Positions 9,811 to 19,525 of a stretch of DNA of 64,000 nucleotides are shown here, piece after piece; position 1 is the stretch's first letter, and each line of letters begins with the position of its first letter. Under the pieces are notes generated by a model, which was not told where the DNA came from, searched no databases, and saw only the letters and a program-made list of their open reading frames with translations. The position numbers and the translations under genes were made by a program. This DNA is from a virus (taxonomy: Duplodnaviria > Caudoviricetes), in IMG/VR virus record IMGVR_UViG_3300037067_016568, positions 64,001-128,000 of that record; one strand, written 5' to 3'.

Positions 9811-10689
9811 ATGTCACTAGATTCAAAGCTCACAGGTGCTCGTGCCATTCTAGAGGCACACAATTCTCAAAGCACCAAACCCGTGGACATCGATGAGTTC
9901 TTGAAGAATCTCACCGATATGGGCGGCTCCAGTGAAGAAGCACTGGAGGAAGCAACTTGGGAAGACTTAGAGAACTGCGGTGCTCCAAGGATTCTAGCAC
10001 GAAAAATCGCCACTTTATTCCGTGGTGGTAATCAGCCTGCCGCTGGACCAGTCCAGAAGGTAATTGTGGAAGAAACCGATCCAGAGAAGCTGGCGAAAGC
10101 CATGACATTGGCACAGCTGATCGATGCCTACAATCCCAAACAACCGAAATCAGCTGTTGCTGAAAGGTTGGCATTCTTCTCAGAAGGGAAGAAGTTCATC
10201 ATTTTCAACGATGATGGAACAGTCAATAAAGAAATCACGCTCAAGCTATTGGAAGAGCTTGATGATCATGGCGAAATGCCAACTTACGTAGCTCCGGATG
10301 GTAGCGTCAAGCCGACATACTCTGTTGGTGAAAAGCCAAGCCAAGCCGCTCACGAGCATCCTCTTTATCCAGATACTCCGTTGCGTGGCGGGGCATCAAG
10401 TGCAGGGTGCGAGTGGGGCACAATCGATTTACAGATTCAGCAAACTCTCTATTTAGCAGTCACTGAAACCAATGAAATCGATATGAGAGCGGTAAGTGAG
10501 TGGGATATATTCGACATAGCTGTTGGCGGCATCGCCAAAGTCAATCGCCGATTTATTCAAGCCGCTAAGCTCTACAATGAGCGCAAAGCACTTGGTAACT
10601 TACCGAGTTTGCGTGTAAAACTCGGCAAATCAAAAACCGGGAGTAAAGGAAACAATCCCTTTAATCTCGGCCAGAATCGTTCCACTTAA
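9811..10689 (+). CDS. hypothetical protein (possible SAM-like N-terminal helical domain)
   Basis: 292-aa ORF with a perfect SD; ATWEDLENCGAPRILARKI resembles a SAM/HhH motif. Confidence 0.6.
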   Translation: MSLDSKLTGARAILEAHNSQSTKPVDIDEFLKNLTDMGGSSEEALEEATWEDLENCGAPRILARKIATLFRGGNQPAAGPVQKVIVEETDPEKLAKAMTLAQLIDAYNPKQPKSAVAERLAFFSEGKKFIIFNDDGTVNKEITLKLLEELDDHGEMPTYVAPDGSVKPTYSVGEKPSQAAHEHPLYPDTPLRGGASSAGCEWGTIDLQIQQTLYLAVTETNEIDMRAVSEWDIFDIAVGGIAKVNRRFIQAAKLYNERKALGNLPSLRVKLGKSKTGSKGNNPFNLGQNRST

Positions 10690-10700
10690 CCCGTCAACCG

Positions 10701-10739
10701 GCACAGCATGCCCTAATATGGGCATGCTGTGCTCTTATT
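10701..10739 (+). terminator. 13-bp perfect hairpin, putative intrinsic terminator or processing stem
   Basis: GCACAGCATGCCC-taatat-GGGCATGCTGTGC followed by TCTTATT. Confidence 0.55.
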
Positions 10740-10749
10740 GGAGATCATC

Positions 10750-11868
10750 ATGAGTCACACGATGGAAGTTAATGGCTTATATGCCAGAATAAACACACCA
10801 GAGGCATTGAGCGGGGACTGCCTTCATAAGTTGCCACCGCATTGCCTACGCCCAACCTATGCTGTTGATGAATACCCAGCTTGCCCAGCTAACTGGATGC
10901 ACGGCTCCAGCAAAGCGAGCAGCTACTTTGTGCCAGTTCAAGTTGGCCGTGGTATGTGGTTCGATTTTACAATGAATGCCGGAAACAGATATGATATTGC
11001 TGTTGTCATATCTGTTCAAGGAGTTAATCCCGTCACTGGTAAAAAAGTAACTGAATTAAATCTCGAACAATATCGAGATAACTGCCCGATTCACAACAAG
11101 CCCTTTCAACAAGACCGTTATTGCGAAGAATGTGGTTATAAGTGGCCTGGGCAGAATTACCTAGCCACAACAACCGGCTATACATTGTGGATTGATGGCT
11201 TCCGGAACGAAAAAGGCGAAGTCCGCCAATATATCATCACTGAAGATATTGCGCGTGGCATTGCCGCCCAAGTGGTAGGAAAAGACCGCGTTTGGGCTAT
11301 TGGCTTTGCGTTCTATCTGAGCAAAGAGCCCAGACCCAAAATCGTTCATACATCTGAAATCCACACATCTGGATTTAGCTCTGTGATGGATTTCGGCGGC
11401 TATGAGTCTTTGAAGGCTGATAGTTCTTTTGATGATGAATATGGTGCCAGCGCTGATATGTTGATGGACGATGGTCTTCATGGAGCACAAGGGCCATGTG
11501 GACCAGTAGGGCCATGCGGGGCAGAAGACAAAGGGACATATGCTTCTCTTATGAATATGTCTACTGTTAAATGCTCTACAAGCATGTCTTCGTCACGATC
11601 TATGAGTAAGGTTTTAAGGTCGGCTCCTGTCAGCGGGCAAAAAGTTAAACCTGCTGTTCAGAAAAAAGTTCTTGAAATAGGAGCAGGCTCCAGAATAGAT
11701 CAAGAAATCGGTGCAGACCCAAATCCAATCGATTATTGGCAGGCAGAACCGGCTGGAATGATCTACGTGAATTACGTTGATGAACAAACGGCGAATGACA
11801 TCATCAACGCCGGACGCAGAGAAGACAAAGAAGATGGTGCTCTACACGGGCTAAAAGTCGGCAATTAG
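10750..11868 (+). CDS. conserved uncharacterised protein with inserted Zn-ribbon
   Basis: Motifs MWFDF, GVNPVTG, QNYL, WIDGF..GEVRQY and GAGSRIDQEIGADP recall an uncharacterised bacterial/fungal family; CPIH..CEECG Zn site. Start set at the ATG after GGAG. Confidence 0.55.
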   Translation: MSHTMEVNGLYARINTPEALSGDCLHKLPPHCLRPTYAVDEYPACPANWMHGSSKASSYFVPVQVGRGMWFDFTMNAGNRYDIAVVISVQGVNPVTGKKVTELNLEQYRDNCPIHNKPFQQDRYCEECGYKWPGQNYLATTTGYTLWIDGFRNEKGEVRQYIITEDIARGIAAQVVGKDRVWAIGFAFYLSKEPRPKIVHTSEIHTSGFSSVMDFGGYESLKADSSFDDEYGASADMLMDDGLHGAQGPCGPVGPCGAEDKGTYASLMNMSTVKCSTSMSSSRSMSKVLRSAPVSGQKVKPAVQKKVLEIGAGSRIDQEIGADPNPIDYWQAEPAGMIYVNYVDEQTANDIINAGRREDKEDGALHGLKVGN

Positions 11869-14312
11869 CCGTAAATAGCCCTGCCGGGTAATACATCTTC
11901 TATAATCATTCGGCACAACATTCGGTCGAATTCCATGAATATCTTGGATTCGACCGAATCACTACCACAACTCTCTGTTACCTGCTCCCACAATCGATGG
12001 GCTGCGGCTTTGAATTTGAGGGTGGCTTCTTTGCGTTGTTTGCAGATGTAGGCATTCGAGACGGACGGTATAGGATTTCCTTCATCATCCGTTGTTTCAA
12101 ATATGTCATTCCACAAATAAACATTCGATTGTCTGCCTGCCTTTGCGTCAGCTAAAGGCGGATATCCAGCCTCGGCCCAACGTGATTTACCACCTTGCGC
12201 ATCGATCTCCGGATCGTCGGGCGTACCTCGTTCTGGATAATCACTGATACCATAGAGTCGCAGTAGCATTCGATACTGATGCATTGGCACTGAGTTAGAT
12301 GATGGCTTAAGCTTGATGTCCTGCTTGGCGATCTTTTGCAACATTCTGATTTCTTTGCGAATGTCGCCGAACTTGCCATCTGTCTGTATGGTACCAGCAA
12401 TCGCTTCAAGAAGTTCATTAATTTCTTCTCGCCACTCACCTAAGCTAGAATCAACGTCTCTCTCAATATCGGCAAAGTCTCTTCTAGCCTTTGTAGTGTC
12501 TAAACCTTGCGATTCAGCAGAGACATAATCATCAACTGCCGTAGCAAGTGCATCAAGAAGTTTGCTGGCCTCTGCTGCATTCTCTCTCTTTTCCTTGGAC
12601 GGATCGAAGTTCGGTGAAACTTGCTCGATTGCCATTCTCAGCACTTCACGAACTTCAGGCGACTGCAATTTTGCGATATCGTCATCTGGTCGCGTAATTC
12701 CTTGACGCTCATACTCCTTACCTGTCTTTTTGCTGCGTACAGTCAGGCCAGTCTTAGATGTTCCTCTCACATTTACCTCTTCTCTGATTCTCAATACCTC
12801 TTGTTGTGCGTAGCTCATCAAGATAAACTGCAATAAAGCATAAGGATCGGCTGATTCCAACGCTTTCTCAAGTCTGGCCCTCATTTCTTTGAGGCCGACA
12901 AACCCAGGCGACTCTGGTAGGTCTTCTTGTGGTTGCTCATAGGCAACATTGTGCATCTTTCCACTTAGTTTGCCGGTATGCTCTTTCCACAATGTTTGAG
13001 CTTCATCAATATATTTCTTGGCATTAATAGCCAAATGAGGGTCACTCTTCGCCTTCTCGGCTAATGTTCGTTGATTTCTAAGGAACTTTTCAGCATCCTT
13101 AAACGCCTTCAAAGTACCATACTCCCTGGGTTTCTTTCCGACCGCCCCTTGTGTAGTCAAACCAGGACTCAGGCGATCCTTTTCTTCTTGCCCTATCCTA
13201 TCGAATATCTTATCCGCATTAACTTGTTCTTGTCGTATTTCTCCCACGTCCCCTGTTTTTATAGCACGAATGATATTGTCCCTTAGTTCGAACAACTCAG
13301 GAGGAAAATCGCCAAATGGATGTAATGGTCCCGGTGGCGCTTTGACACGCCCGTCACCAGCTACACGAAGAAGATCCTTAATATCGTCGTCACTAGTTCC
13401 ATAAGGAATCTTACCACACTTACTACATCTCTCCTTAATCTTTACCGGCTCTCCGTTCTTGTCCCTTACTATTTTGTCTTTTTCATCTCTGACTACCACA
13501 TCAACAAATCCAGTACCCTTACAACGAGGACATATGTTAATGACGTCGAATGCTTTTTCGACAGCTTTGGCGTCATCGTCTAATGGCCTGCCACTTCCAG
13601 CATCTCTTAATGCCTTGTTTATGACAGATTGGACACTTCTTTTGAGTCCTCTGACTCTACGATATTCGTCACCATAGCCAGCTGGTGCTCCTGCCTTCAT
13701 AGCCTGCTCTATGGCATGTCCTACGAACCCGGTAAATCTAACATTAGGTCTTGCCTCATCCTTTGGAAGCATCTGTAGTATAGCTATGGCTCCCTGCTGG
13801 ATAGAATTATCGACATCAGATTCGTCATACTTACCATGAGTTGCCTTGGCAGCTCTCACCACTGGCTGTTTGGTGGCTATGCGATGAAGCCCGCCGCGCT
13901 CATCTTTATCTATGCTCTTGTGCATCATCGCCAACAATACTTCGCCGGGTGCCCATGGTCTGATGCCATCATGCTCCTTGCTATAAGGATTTACTCCGTT
14001 GAATGATATCTCATCAGCTTCTTTTGTTGAAGAAGTAATACCTTTTTTACCTGTGTCTTTTGGGCCATACGGAACATTATTCTTGTAGTACATCGGCGGT
14101 ATATAATCATTCCCTTTTACATATTCCTCCCATCCAACACAAGGACCCCTACAGTTCCTCAGAGCCGACATTTTGTCGGCTTGATTGGACATATCAACAA
14201 CTGTAGGATCGTAGACATATTTCGGATCATTAGGGTATGATATCCGTGTTCTTCTCTTCTTTTTCTTTTTAGCCTCGTTGAGGGCTATATTTATTCGTTT
14301 TAAGATATCCAT
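11865..14312 (-). CDS. large sigma70-like factor with DnaJ-type Zn-finger insertion
   Basis: Region 2-like VVRAAK..DVDNSIQQGAIAILQML..NVRFTGFVGHAIEQAMK; region 4-like QYRMLLRLYGI...VSNAYICKQRKEATLKFK; CPRCKGTG..CSKCG between them. Confidence 0.55.
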   Translation of the reverse strand: MDILKRINIALNEAKKKKKRRTRISYPNDPKYVYDPTVVDMSNQADKMSALRNCRGPCVGWEEYVKGNDYIPPMYYKNNVPYGPKDTGKKGITSSTKEADEISFNGVNPYSKEHDGIRPWAPGEVLLAMMHKSIDKDERGGLHRIATKQPVVRAAKATHGKYDESDVDNSIQQGAIAILQMLPKDEARPNVRFTGFVGHAIEQAMKAGAPAGYGDEYRRVRGLKRSVQSVINKALRDAGSGRPLDDDAKAVEKAFDVINICPRCKGTGFVDVVVRDEKDKIVRDKNGEPVKIKERCSKCGKIPYGTSDDDIKDLLRVAGDGRVKAPPGPLHPFGDFPPELFELRDNIIRAIKTGDVGEIRQEQVNADKIFDRIGQEEKDRLSPGLTTQGAVGKKPREYGTLKAFKDAEKFLRNQRTLAEKAKSDPHLAINAKKYIDEAQTLWKEHTGKLSGKMHNVAYEQPQEDLPESPGFVGLKEMRARLEKALESADPYALLQFILMSYAQQEVLRIREEVNVRGTSKTGLTVRSKKTGKEYERQGITRPDDDIAKLQSPEVREVLRMAIEQVSPNFDPSKEKRENAAEASKLLDALATAVDDYVSAESQGLDTTKARRDFADIERDVDSSLGEWREEINELLEAIAGTIQTDGKFGDIRKEIRMLQKIAKQDIKLKPSSNSVPMHQYRMLLRLYGISDYPERGTPDDPEIDAQGGKSRWAEAGYPPLADAKAGRQSNVYLWNDIFETTDDEGNPIPSVSNAYICKQRKEATLKFKAAAHRLWEQVTESCGSDSVESKIFMEFDRMLCRMIIEDVLPGRAIYG

Positions 14313-14426
14313 AGGTTACTCCCACAGTCTGCGAAGTGTTACCTTAATATATTTGGCTACTGCCTGGGTGAAATTACTACAAGTATCTTATAGTACATCA
14401 GCACTCAACCACGATGAAATACTATA

Positions 14427-15338
14427 ATGTTTGTAGAATCGCACCGCCATCTGTCTGGCTCTATCTTACCTACCACAGTCTGGAAAATCATCCAGAAGTT
14501 CGAATTATTTGATATCGCTACTTCTATAGATGATGTATATGAGCAGCTATGCATCTTGCCTGAAAATGCTGACTTTCAGGATTTCTGCAGCAAACTCGAC
14601 ATCTTAAAGAAATTGCCTTGGGATGATTGGGTATTAGAATTAGTTGCTAGCCAAGTATGCACAGACTTAAATATGACAAATATAAGACATTCTACACTTA
14701 GTTTATCATTAAACAAATTCGCGGAAAACGGAGATTTGGTCACTGCTGGCGAACGAGTCTTTGATATTATAGATAAGGCCGCCGAGAACGCTGGAGTAAC
14801 AGTCAATTATTTAGTGTCCATAAGTTATAGCTGGCCGCTTGAGTTACAAATAGAAACTCTCAAACTGATTGAACCTCTAGGGCATCGAGCAGTCGGTATC
14901 GATTTTGTCAACGATGAAACTGTAGCACAATGGGCTATTTACCCAAAACTGATCAAGCCATGGCTGGAACGTGGCAAAGTAGTACGTGCTCATGTTGGAG
15001 AGAGACTTGGGACCAGTGCGAATATCGATGCTGCTATCGATATGGGCGTTTCAAGAATAGCTCATGGAATTTATGCAACTCCAGAACAGCAAGATAAGGC
15101 TATTGAATATGGCATTGTCTTTGATATGTCGCTACACAGTAATATTTATACAAATGCAATACCAAAAGAGCAACACCCAATTAAGGACATGCAATCTAGA
15201 GGATGTCTAATAACGCTCGGCACAGACGATCCAACACAGTTTAGATGCACGATGCAAGATGAATATAATATGGCTGGTATGTTGGGTGCCGATGCAGTAG
15301 CACTACAACAAACGGCCAATACGCTAAAGATAACATGA
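14427..15338 (+). CDS. adenosine/AMP deaminase family protein
   Basis: All amidohydrolase motifs are present: ESHRHLSGS, AVGIDF, HVGE, RIAHG, SN, GTDDP. Confidence 0.9.
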   Translation: MFVESHRHLSGSILPTTVWKIIQKFELFDIATSIDDVYEQLCILPENADFQDFCSKLDILKKLPWDDWVLELVASQVCTDLNMTNIRHSTLSLSLNKFAENGDLVTAGERVFDIIDKAAENAGVTVNYLVSISYSWPLELQIETLKLIEPLGHRAVGIDFVNDETVAQWAIYPKLIKPWLERGKVVRAHVGERLGTSANIDAAIDMGVSRIAHGIYATPEQQDKAIEYGIVFDMSLHSNIYTNAIPKEQHPIKDMQSRGCLITLGTDDPTQFRCTMQDEYNMAGMLGADAVALQQTANTLKIT

Positions 15339-15350
15339 AAGGAGTTTGTC

Positions 15351-15542
15351 ATGAAGCTCAGAGATCTAGTGCAACAACTGGGTTTATATAACCAAGACGC
15401 TGATATAGCTGTTGTCGTTCATAATAGACGCGAAGATTTCTCCATTTCATTCGGAGATAGCGAAGGCGTCACAAAAGAGACATGTAAAACAGTTGGTTTC
15501 TATGTCGATGCGCTGAATGGGCAGGAGTTTAAGAAAGGGTAA
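15351..15542 (+). CDS. hypothetical protein
   Basis: 63 aa with AAGGAG SD; MKLRDLVQQL..DADIAV is a common small phage protein pattern. Confidence 0.6.
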   Translation: MKLRDLVQQLGLYNQDADIAVVVHNRREDFSISFGDSEGVTKETCKTVGFYVDALNGQEFKKG

Positions 15543-15545
15543 TAA

Positions 15546-15812
15546 ATGCTGGTAGTCCATTGCAAAAAATCACCATATACAGTGTATTGCGGACGCCCGT
15601 CACCACTAGGAAACCCTTTTCCTATAGGACCAGGTTGCACAAGAGAAGAATCAATCGCTAAGTTTGAAGAATATGCAAGAAACAATCCAGAAGTCTTGGA
15701 ATGGATAAAAGTGCTCCCAGAAGATGCAGTTTTGGCGTGTTGGTGTGCACCAAAACCATGTCACTGTGATGTCATCATTAAATTATGGAAAGAGCTTAAT
15801 GACGTCGCTTAG
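15546..15812 (+). CDS. DUF4326 family protein
   Basis: VYCGRPSPLGNPF...LACWCAPKPCHCDVI signature. Confidence 0.9.
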   Translation: MLVVHCKKSPYTVYCGRPSPLGNPFPIGPGCTREESIAKFEEYARNNPEVLEWIKVLPEDAVLACWCAPKPCHCDVIIKLWKELNDVA

Positions 15813-16209
15813 TGCGCTCAATCAAATCGAGTACGTTTGGATATAATTTTAGGGATTTCATCTCTTTCACAGTAAAGAAACCCAACGAAGCAAATTCGTG
15901 GTTTGGCTTTAGTGTCTTAAGGTCAGTAGAATTTGTTCTACACGGAACAAAAGCCACGAACCCCTTTCTTTTGTCTTTGATTGGGCCTGATACAGCTTTA
16001 CATTTCACGCCAGTTTCTTCTCTGGCTTCCCTGGCAGCAGCCTTCTCTGGTGTCTCACCGGGTTTGATACCACCACCCGGAAAACACCATTTGCCGGACC
16101 TATCGTCTTCCGATTTAGATAGCCCCAACAGCCATTTATCACGACATCTTACAATGCCGACAGCAGCAGTGAAGTCGTTGCCCTCTACCAATAACTGTAA
16201 TCGCATCAC
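15796..16209 (-). CDS. Nudix hydrolase
   Basis: Nudix box GGGIKPGETPEKAAAREAREETG, preceded by GKWCFP. Confidence 0.92.
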   Translation of the reverse strand: MMRLQLLVEGNDFTAAVGIVRCRDKWLLGLSKSEDDRSGKWCFPGGGIKPGETPEKAAAREAREETGVKCKAVSGPIKDKRKGFVAFVPCRTNSTDLKTLKPNHEFASLGFFTVKEMKSLKLYPNVLDLIERTKRRH

Positions 16210-16514
16210 TCTCCTCGTTTCAAAATGATGATGTTAAATATGTCAGATTGTGGGTTTGGCAAACCGTCGACTATAATAAATTCATGCACAAAAGGTGCAT
16301 CCATAGCACCAGAAGAATGAATGCCACGCAATTCCAAAGTTATAGTAGTACTATCTATGACTGGCACTTTCTTAACCAAGCAGCGGCCTGTTTCTGAAAC
16401 AGTGTCGGTGACCAGTAATTTGCCGTCAACCAAAACCTGCAATTCACGGGTGGCAACATTTGGGCTCTTTAAATCGTCAGGAATATTCATAACGATGTCA
16501 ATTGTTCCAACCAT
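16206..16514 (-). CDS. hypothetical beta-rich protein
   Basis: ATG 16514 follows GGAG; stop overlaps the Nudix start. Confidence 0.55.
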   Translation of the reverse strand: MVGTIDIVMNIPDDLKSPNVATRELQVLVDGKLLVTDTVSETGRCLVKKVPVIDSTTITLELRGIHSSGAMDAPFVHEFIIVDGLPNPQSDIFNIIILKRGE

Positions 16515-16615
16515 GATTCTCTCCTGAAATGCAAAAATTACAAACCAAACACTATCATATATTTGTTGTTTAGTTTTAACCAATAATCAAAATTATATAC
16601 AGAAGCGGTGACTAT

Positions 16616-17548
16616 ATGGCCAATGCTAAAAAAAGAGGTCGTCGAGGACGCAGACAGTGGCAGCCGGAATATCGTGCTTCCGAGGAAAATCCGGCTCGCT
16701 TAATTGATGTGAATGAGCCTGGCCTTCCTGGAATACATAGTGTCAAGAAAACATCACCACTCCCAAAGGAATTTTGCTGGGGGCATATGCCAGAAGGAAA
16801 AACAATGTTGTCACAAACATTAGAGAACAAGCTAAATTGTGCATTAAAACCATTGATGTCACAGCTTGAGCTTGATAATGATAATACTAGACTGGCATTG
16901 GAAGAGATGATGGATATTGCCATTTCACCATGCCGCTTCGATAACAAAAAGCAATTCGCACGTTTCTTAACAGAAGGTGTTATACTAAACGTCAACAGAT
17001 TAGTCTCTCAAGGAATAGGGATTCCACAAGGCGAATATGTCTTATATAGCATAACTCCTGAAAAGGCAATGCTAGTTCCTACTTCTGAAGTTTCAGTTCA
17101 AGAAACTGACTTCAGTAAGTCTCCACAATCATTCGAAATCCACACTAGCAGATTATTGGGGTGCTGGAATAAAATCGAGGGTACTATAGTAGAAGACAAT
17201 GTTCCACCACGACGATTCGGACGTAAAGAAATAGAACAAACATCTACATCGAAATATAAAAGCGTGCCAGAGGTCGTATCTGCTCTAGAACGTGCTGGCA
17301 AAACACAAGAGGAAGTTGCGGATGAAATTGGTGTTCATCCATCTACAGTTAGCCGATACAAACGCGCTACCAGCCACAAAGGAGGGCGGGTACCGAGTTT
17401 AGGCGCAGCATTAAAGTTAGCAGACGCTACAGGCTCAAATATTGAAGCTATGTTCGGCAACGTTGAACCACCACAAAAACATAGACGAACTAGTGGAAGC
17501 GGTGGTGGCAGAAACCCTGCATATAGGCAGGGCAATAATTCTAACTAG
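16616..17548 (+). CDS. XRE-family HTH domain protein
   Basis: C-terminal GKTQEEVADEIGVHPSTVSRY..PSLGAALKLADA. Confidence 0.8.
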   Translation: MANAKKRGRRGRRQWQPEYRASEENPARLIDVNEPGLPGIHSVKKTSPLPKEFCWGHMPEGKTMLSQTLENKLNCALKPLMSQLELDNDNTRLALEEMMDIAISPCRFDNKKQFARFLTEGVILNVNRLVSQGIGIPQGEYVLYSITPEKAMLVPTSEVSVQETDFSKSPQSFEIHTSRLLGCWNKIEGTIVEDNVPPRRFGRKEIEQTSTSKYKSVPEVVSALERAGKTQEEVADEIGVHPSTVSRYKRATSHKGGRVPSLGAALKLADATGSNIEAMFGNVEPPQKHRRTSGSGGGRNPAYRQGNNSN

Positions 17549-17608
17549 ATTTAAACAGTAAATAGTTTCATTGGTCTGATATTGCACAGCACCAGAGATA
17601 TATAAATA

Positions 17609-18034
17609 ATGTATATAGAGCCAGTGCCGATTGGAGAAGACTACAATCAGTCATGTACCGTCTTCGAAATCAGGATATATGATCATCTCAACCATATTGA
17701 GCCATCTCAATTCGGCTTATGTGATGTGCCAAGTATCGATCCAGAAACATATTATGTAACTAGCGGTGACGCCATATGCAAAACAGAACAGCTACATAAA
17801 GATCTATGGGTATTAGTAGGGAAAATACAAAAGTTGGTCAATCAGAAACCAACAAAGGAAATGACAGCATATTTGAAAGCGTTATATGGATGCGCTGTCA
17901 GGTCGAAAAATTTGATCAATAAATTAAAAGTCGCCAAAGGTGAAGCCGTATTTCTCGAAACAGAATGGCGTGATAGAAAAGTCATAGCAGTAGCTAAAAA
18001 CCCCAGGCCAAAAACAAAAAACATAGAGGTCTAG
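17609..18034 (+). CDS. hypothetical protein
   Basis: 141-aa ORF directly preceded by TATAAATA. Confidence 0.55.
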   Translation: MYIEPVPIGEDYNQSCTVFEIRIYDHLNHIEPSQFGLCDVPSIDPETYYVTSGDAICKTEQLHKDLWVLVGKIQKLVNQKPTKEMTAYLKALYGCAVRSKNLINKLKVAKGEAVFLETEWRDRKVIAVAKNPRPKTKNIEV

Positions 18035-18047
18035 GGTCACTATCAAG

Positions 18048-18644
18048 TCATTTGGAATCCAAGGGTCCAAATCCTAAATCTTCACGACTAAATGGTTTCC
18101 CGCGTGCGAATGCTAATACATCCATAAGCGCAGAATGCCACTTACGCTCCGCAGAACCGCCGCCAGATTGCAGTTTTGACTCTATCACAAGTATTATTTG
18201 TGCCGCGTCTGCAATAGCTATAATATCCCACTTCAGAGGCTCGTTATAATCGCCGAAACCATAGTGGTTCTCACGTTTCAAGACTTTAAGTCCAATTGTT
18301 GTCAAAATAGTTCTTATCAGCTTCTTTGCCATAAGACCATTTGCACCACTTGTTTTCGTCGGCCTACCACTGTTACCGTGATGCAAGCCCTTAATTTCAT
18401 CGAATAGCGATTGATCGATCTGCTTGTGGCCCTCCGGCACCAATCCATGATGACAACAGAACTTATTGAGATCGAATATTGGTGTAGTAAATTCTGGATA
18501 TTCTTGTAGTTTCGCAATCAACATCGGCGTAACCAAATCATTGATATTAGCGTAAACAATCAATGGTATGACTCTATAGCCAGACTTGATTTTGTTTTCT
18601 ACTTCTTGGAGCTCGCGTTGTGCTTGTGATAGTCGTTTCTTCAT
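18048..18644 (-). CDS. PD-(D/E)xK nuclease, putative restriction endonuclease
   Basis: KWDII...VIESKLQSGGGSAERK fits D..ExKxQxxxGSxxxK; lies directly downstream of the MTase. Confidence 0.6.
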   Translation of the reverse strand: MKKRLSQAQRELQEVENKIKSGYRVIPLIVYANINDLVTPMLIAKLQEYPEFTTPIFDLNKFCCHHGLVPEGHKQIDQSLFDEIKGLHHGNSGRPTKTSGANGLMAKKLIRTILTTIGLKVLKRENHYGFGDYNEPLKWDIIAIADAAQIILVIESKLQSGGGSAERKWHSALMDVLAFARGKPFSREDLGFGPLDSK

Positions 18645-18645
18645 C

Positions 18646-19467
18646 TCAAATTCTCCATGCAATAAGTTCTTGTTCTATTATACCAGTTGTGTACTTAGGT
18701 TGAACACTGTGCCTCAATGGCACTGTTTTCAAAATGGCATCGGTTCCAGTAAACTGATCCAAGATGAATTGGTGTGCTCTGTTTGTGTAAACAAATGGTT
18801 GCTTACTATCTAAAATACATCGGATCAGTTCGACCTGATGTATGGCAGAAAATTCACCGCTATAATCAGTAAATTTCTTATCACCAAAATATGGTGGATC
18901 AACGAATAATAGGAATTTGTCATTACCAATATGATTGATGGTATCGATCGCCTTGCTATGACGAATTAACGTTCCTTGCAGAGCTTGTGAATCGCATCGT
19001 ATCAGTTCTGCATTACAAATTTCTGGATTTCGATAACTACCGGGCGGGACATTGAAGCGGCCTTGTTTATTAACACGCATCAATCCATTAAAGCATGTTC
19101 GCAGCAAGAACATTATCCTCGCTGCCTTCTTAACTGGATCATCTGGACTTGATGCTCGTATTCTTCGATATGTCGTTAATGATTGCTCTTCTGATTTATG
19201 GATGTATCTATATTCCGGTCTTGATAATTCAGATATTAACTCTTCTGGCATGTCTCTTATCACGCAATATAAAACAATCAATTCATCGTTAACATCAGCA
19301 ATGATTCTCTTTTTGAATTTGTCGAAGATGGTCCAATAAAGAGCACCGCCACCAACCATTGGTTCACAATAACCGATATCATCAGGAAAATGTTTCAGAA
19401 TTTCATGCAACTCTGACAATAAATACGCCTTACCACCAGCCCACTTTACAAACGGTTTCGGATTCAT
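18646..19467 (-). CDS. dam: Dam-family (D12 class) N6-adenine DNA methyltransferase
   Basis: KPFVKWAGGK, EPMVGGGA, CFNGLMRVNKQGRFNVPPG, DPPY. Confidence 0.93.
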   Translation of the reverse strand: MNPKPFVKWAGGKAYLLSELHEILKHFPDDIGYCEPMVGGGALYWTIFDKFKKRIIADVNDELIVLYCVIRDMPEELISELSRPEYRYIHKSEEQSLTTYRRIRASSPDDPVKKAARIMFLLRTCFNGLMRVNKQGRFNVPPGSYRNPEICNAELIRCDSQALQGTLIRHSKAIDTINHIGNDKFLLFVDPPYFGDKKFTDYSGEFSAIHQVELIRCILDSKQPFVYTNRAHQFILDQFTGTDAILKTVPLRHSVQPKYTTGIIEQELIAWRI

Positions 19468-19525
19468 ATTGTATGCCTCATTGTGCGTATTTAATAGAAT
19501 ACCAAATAACATTATAGGAGAAGTG

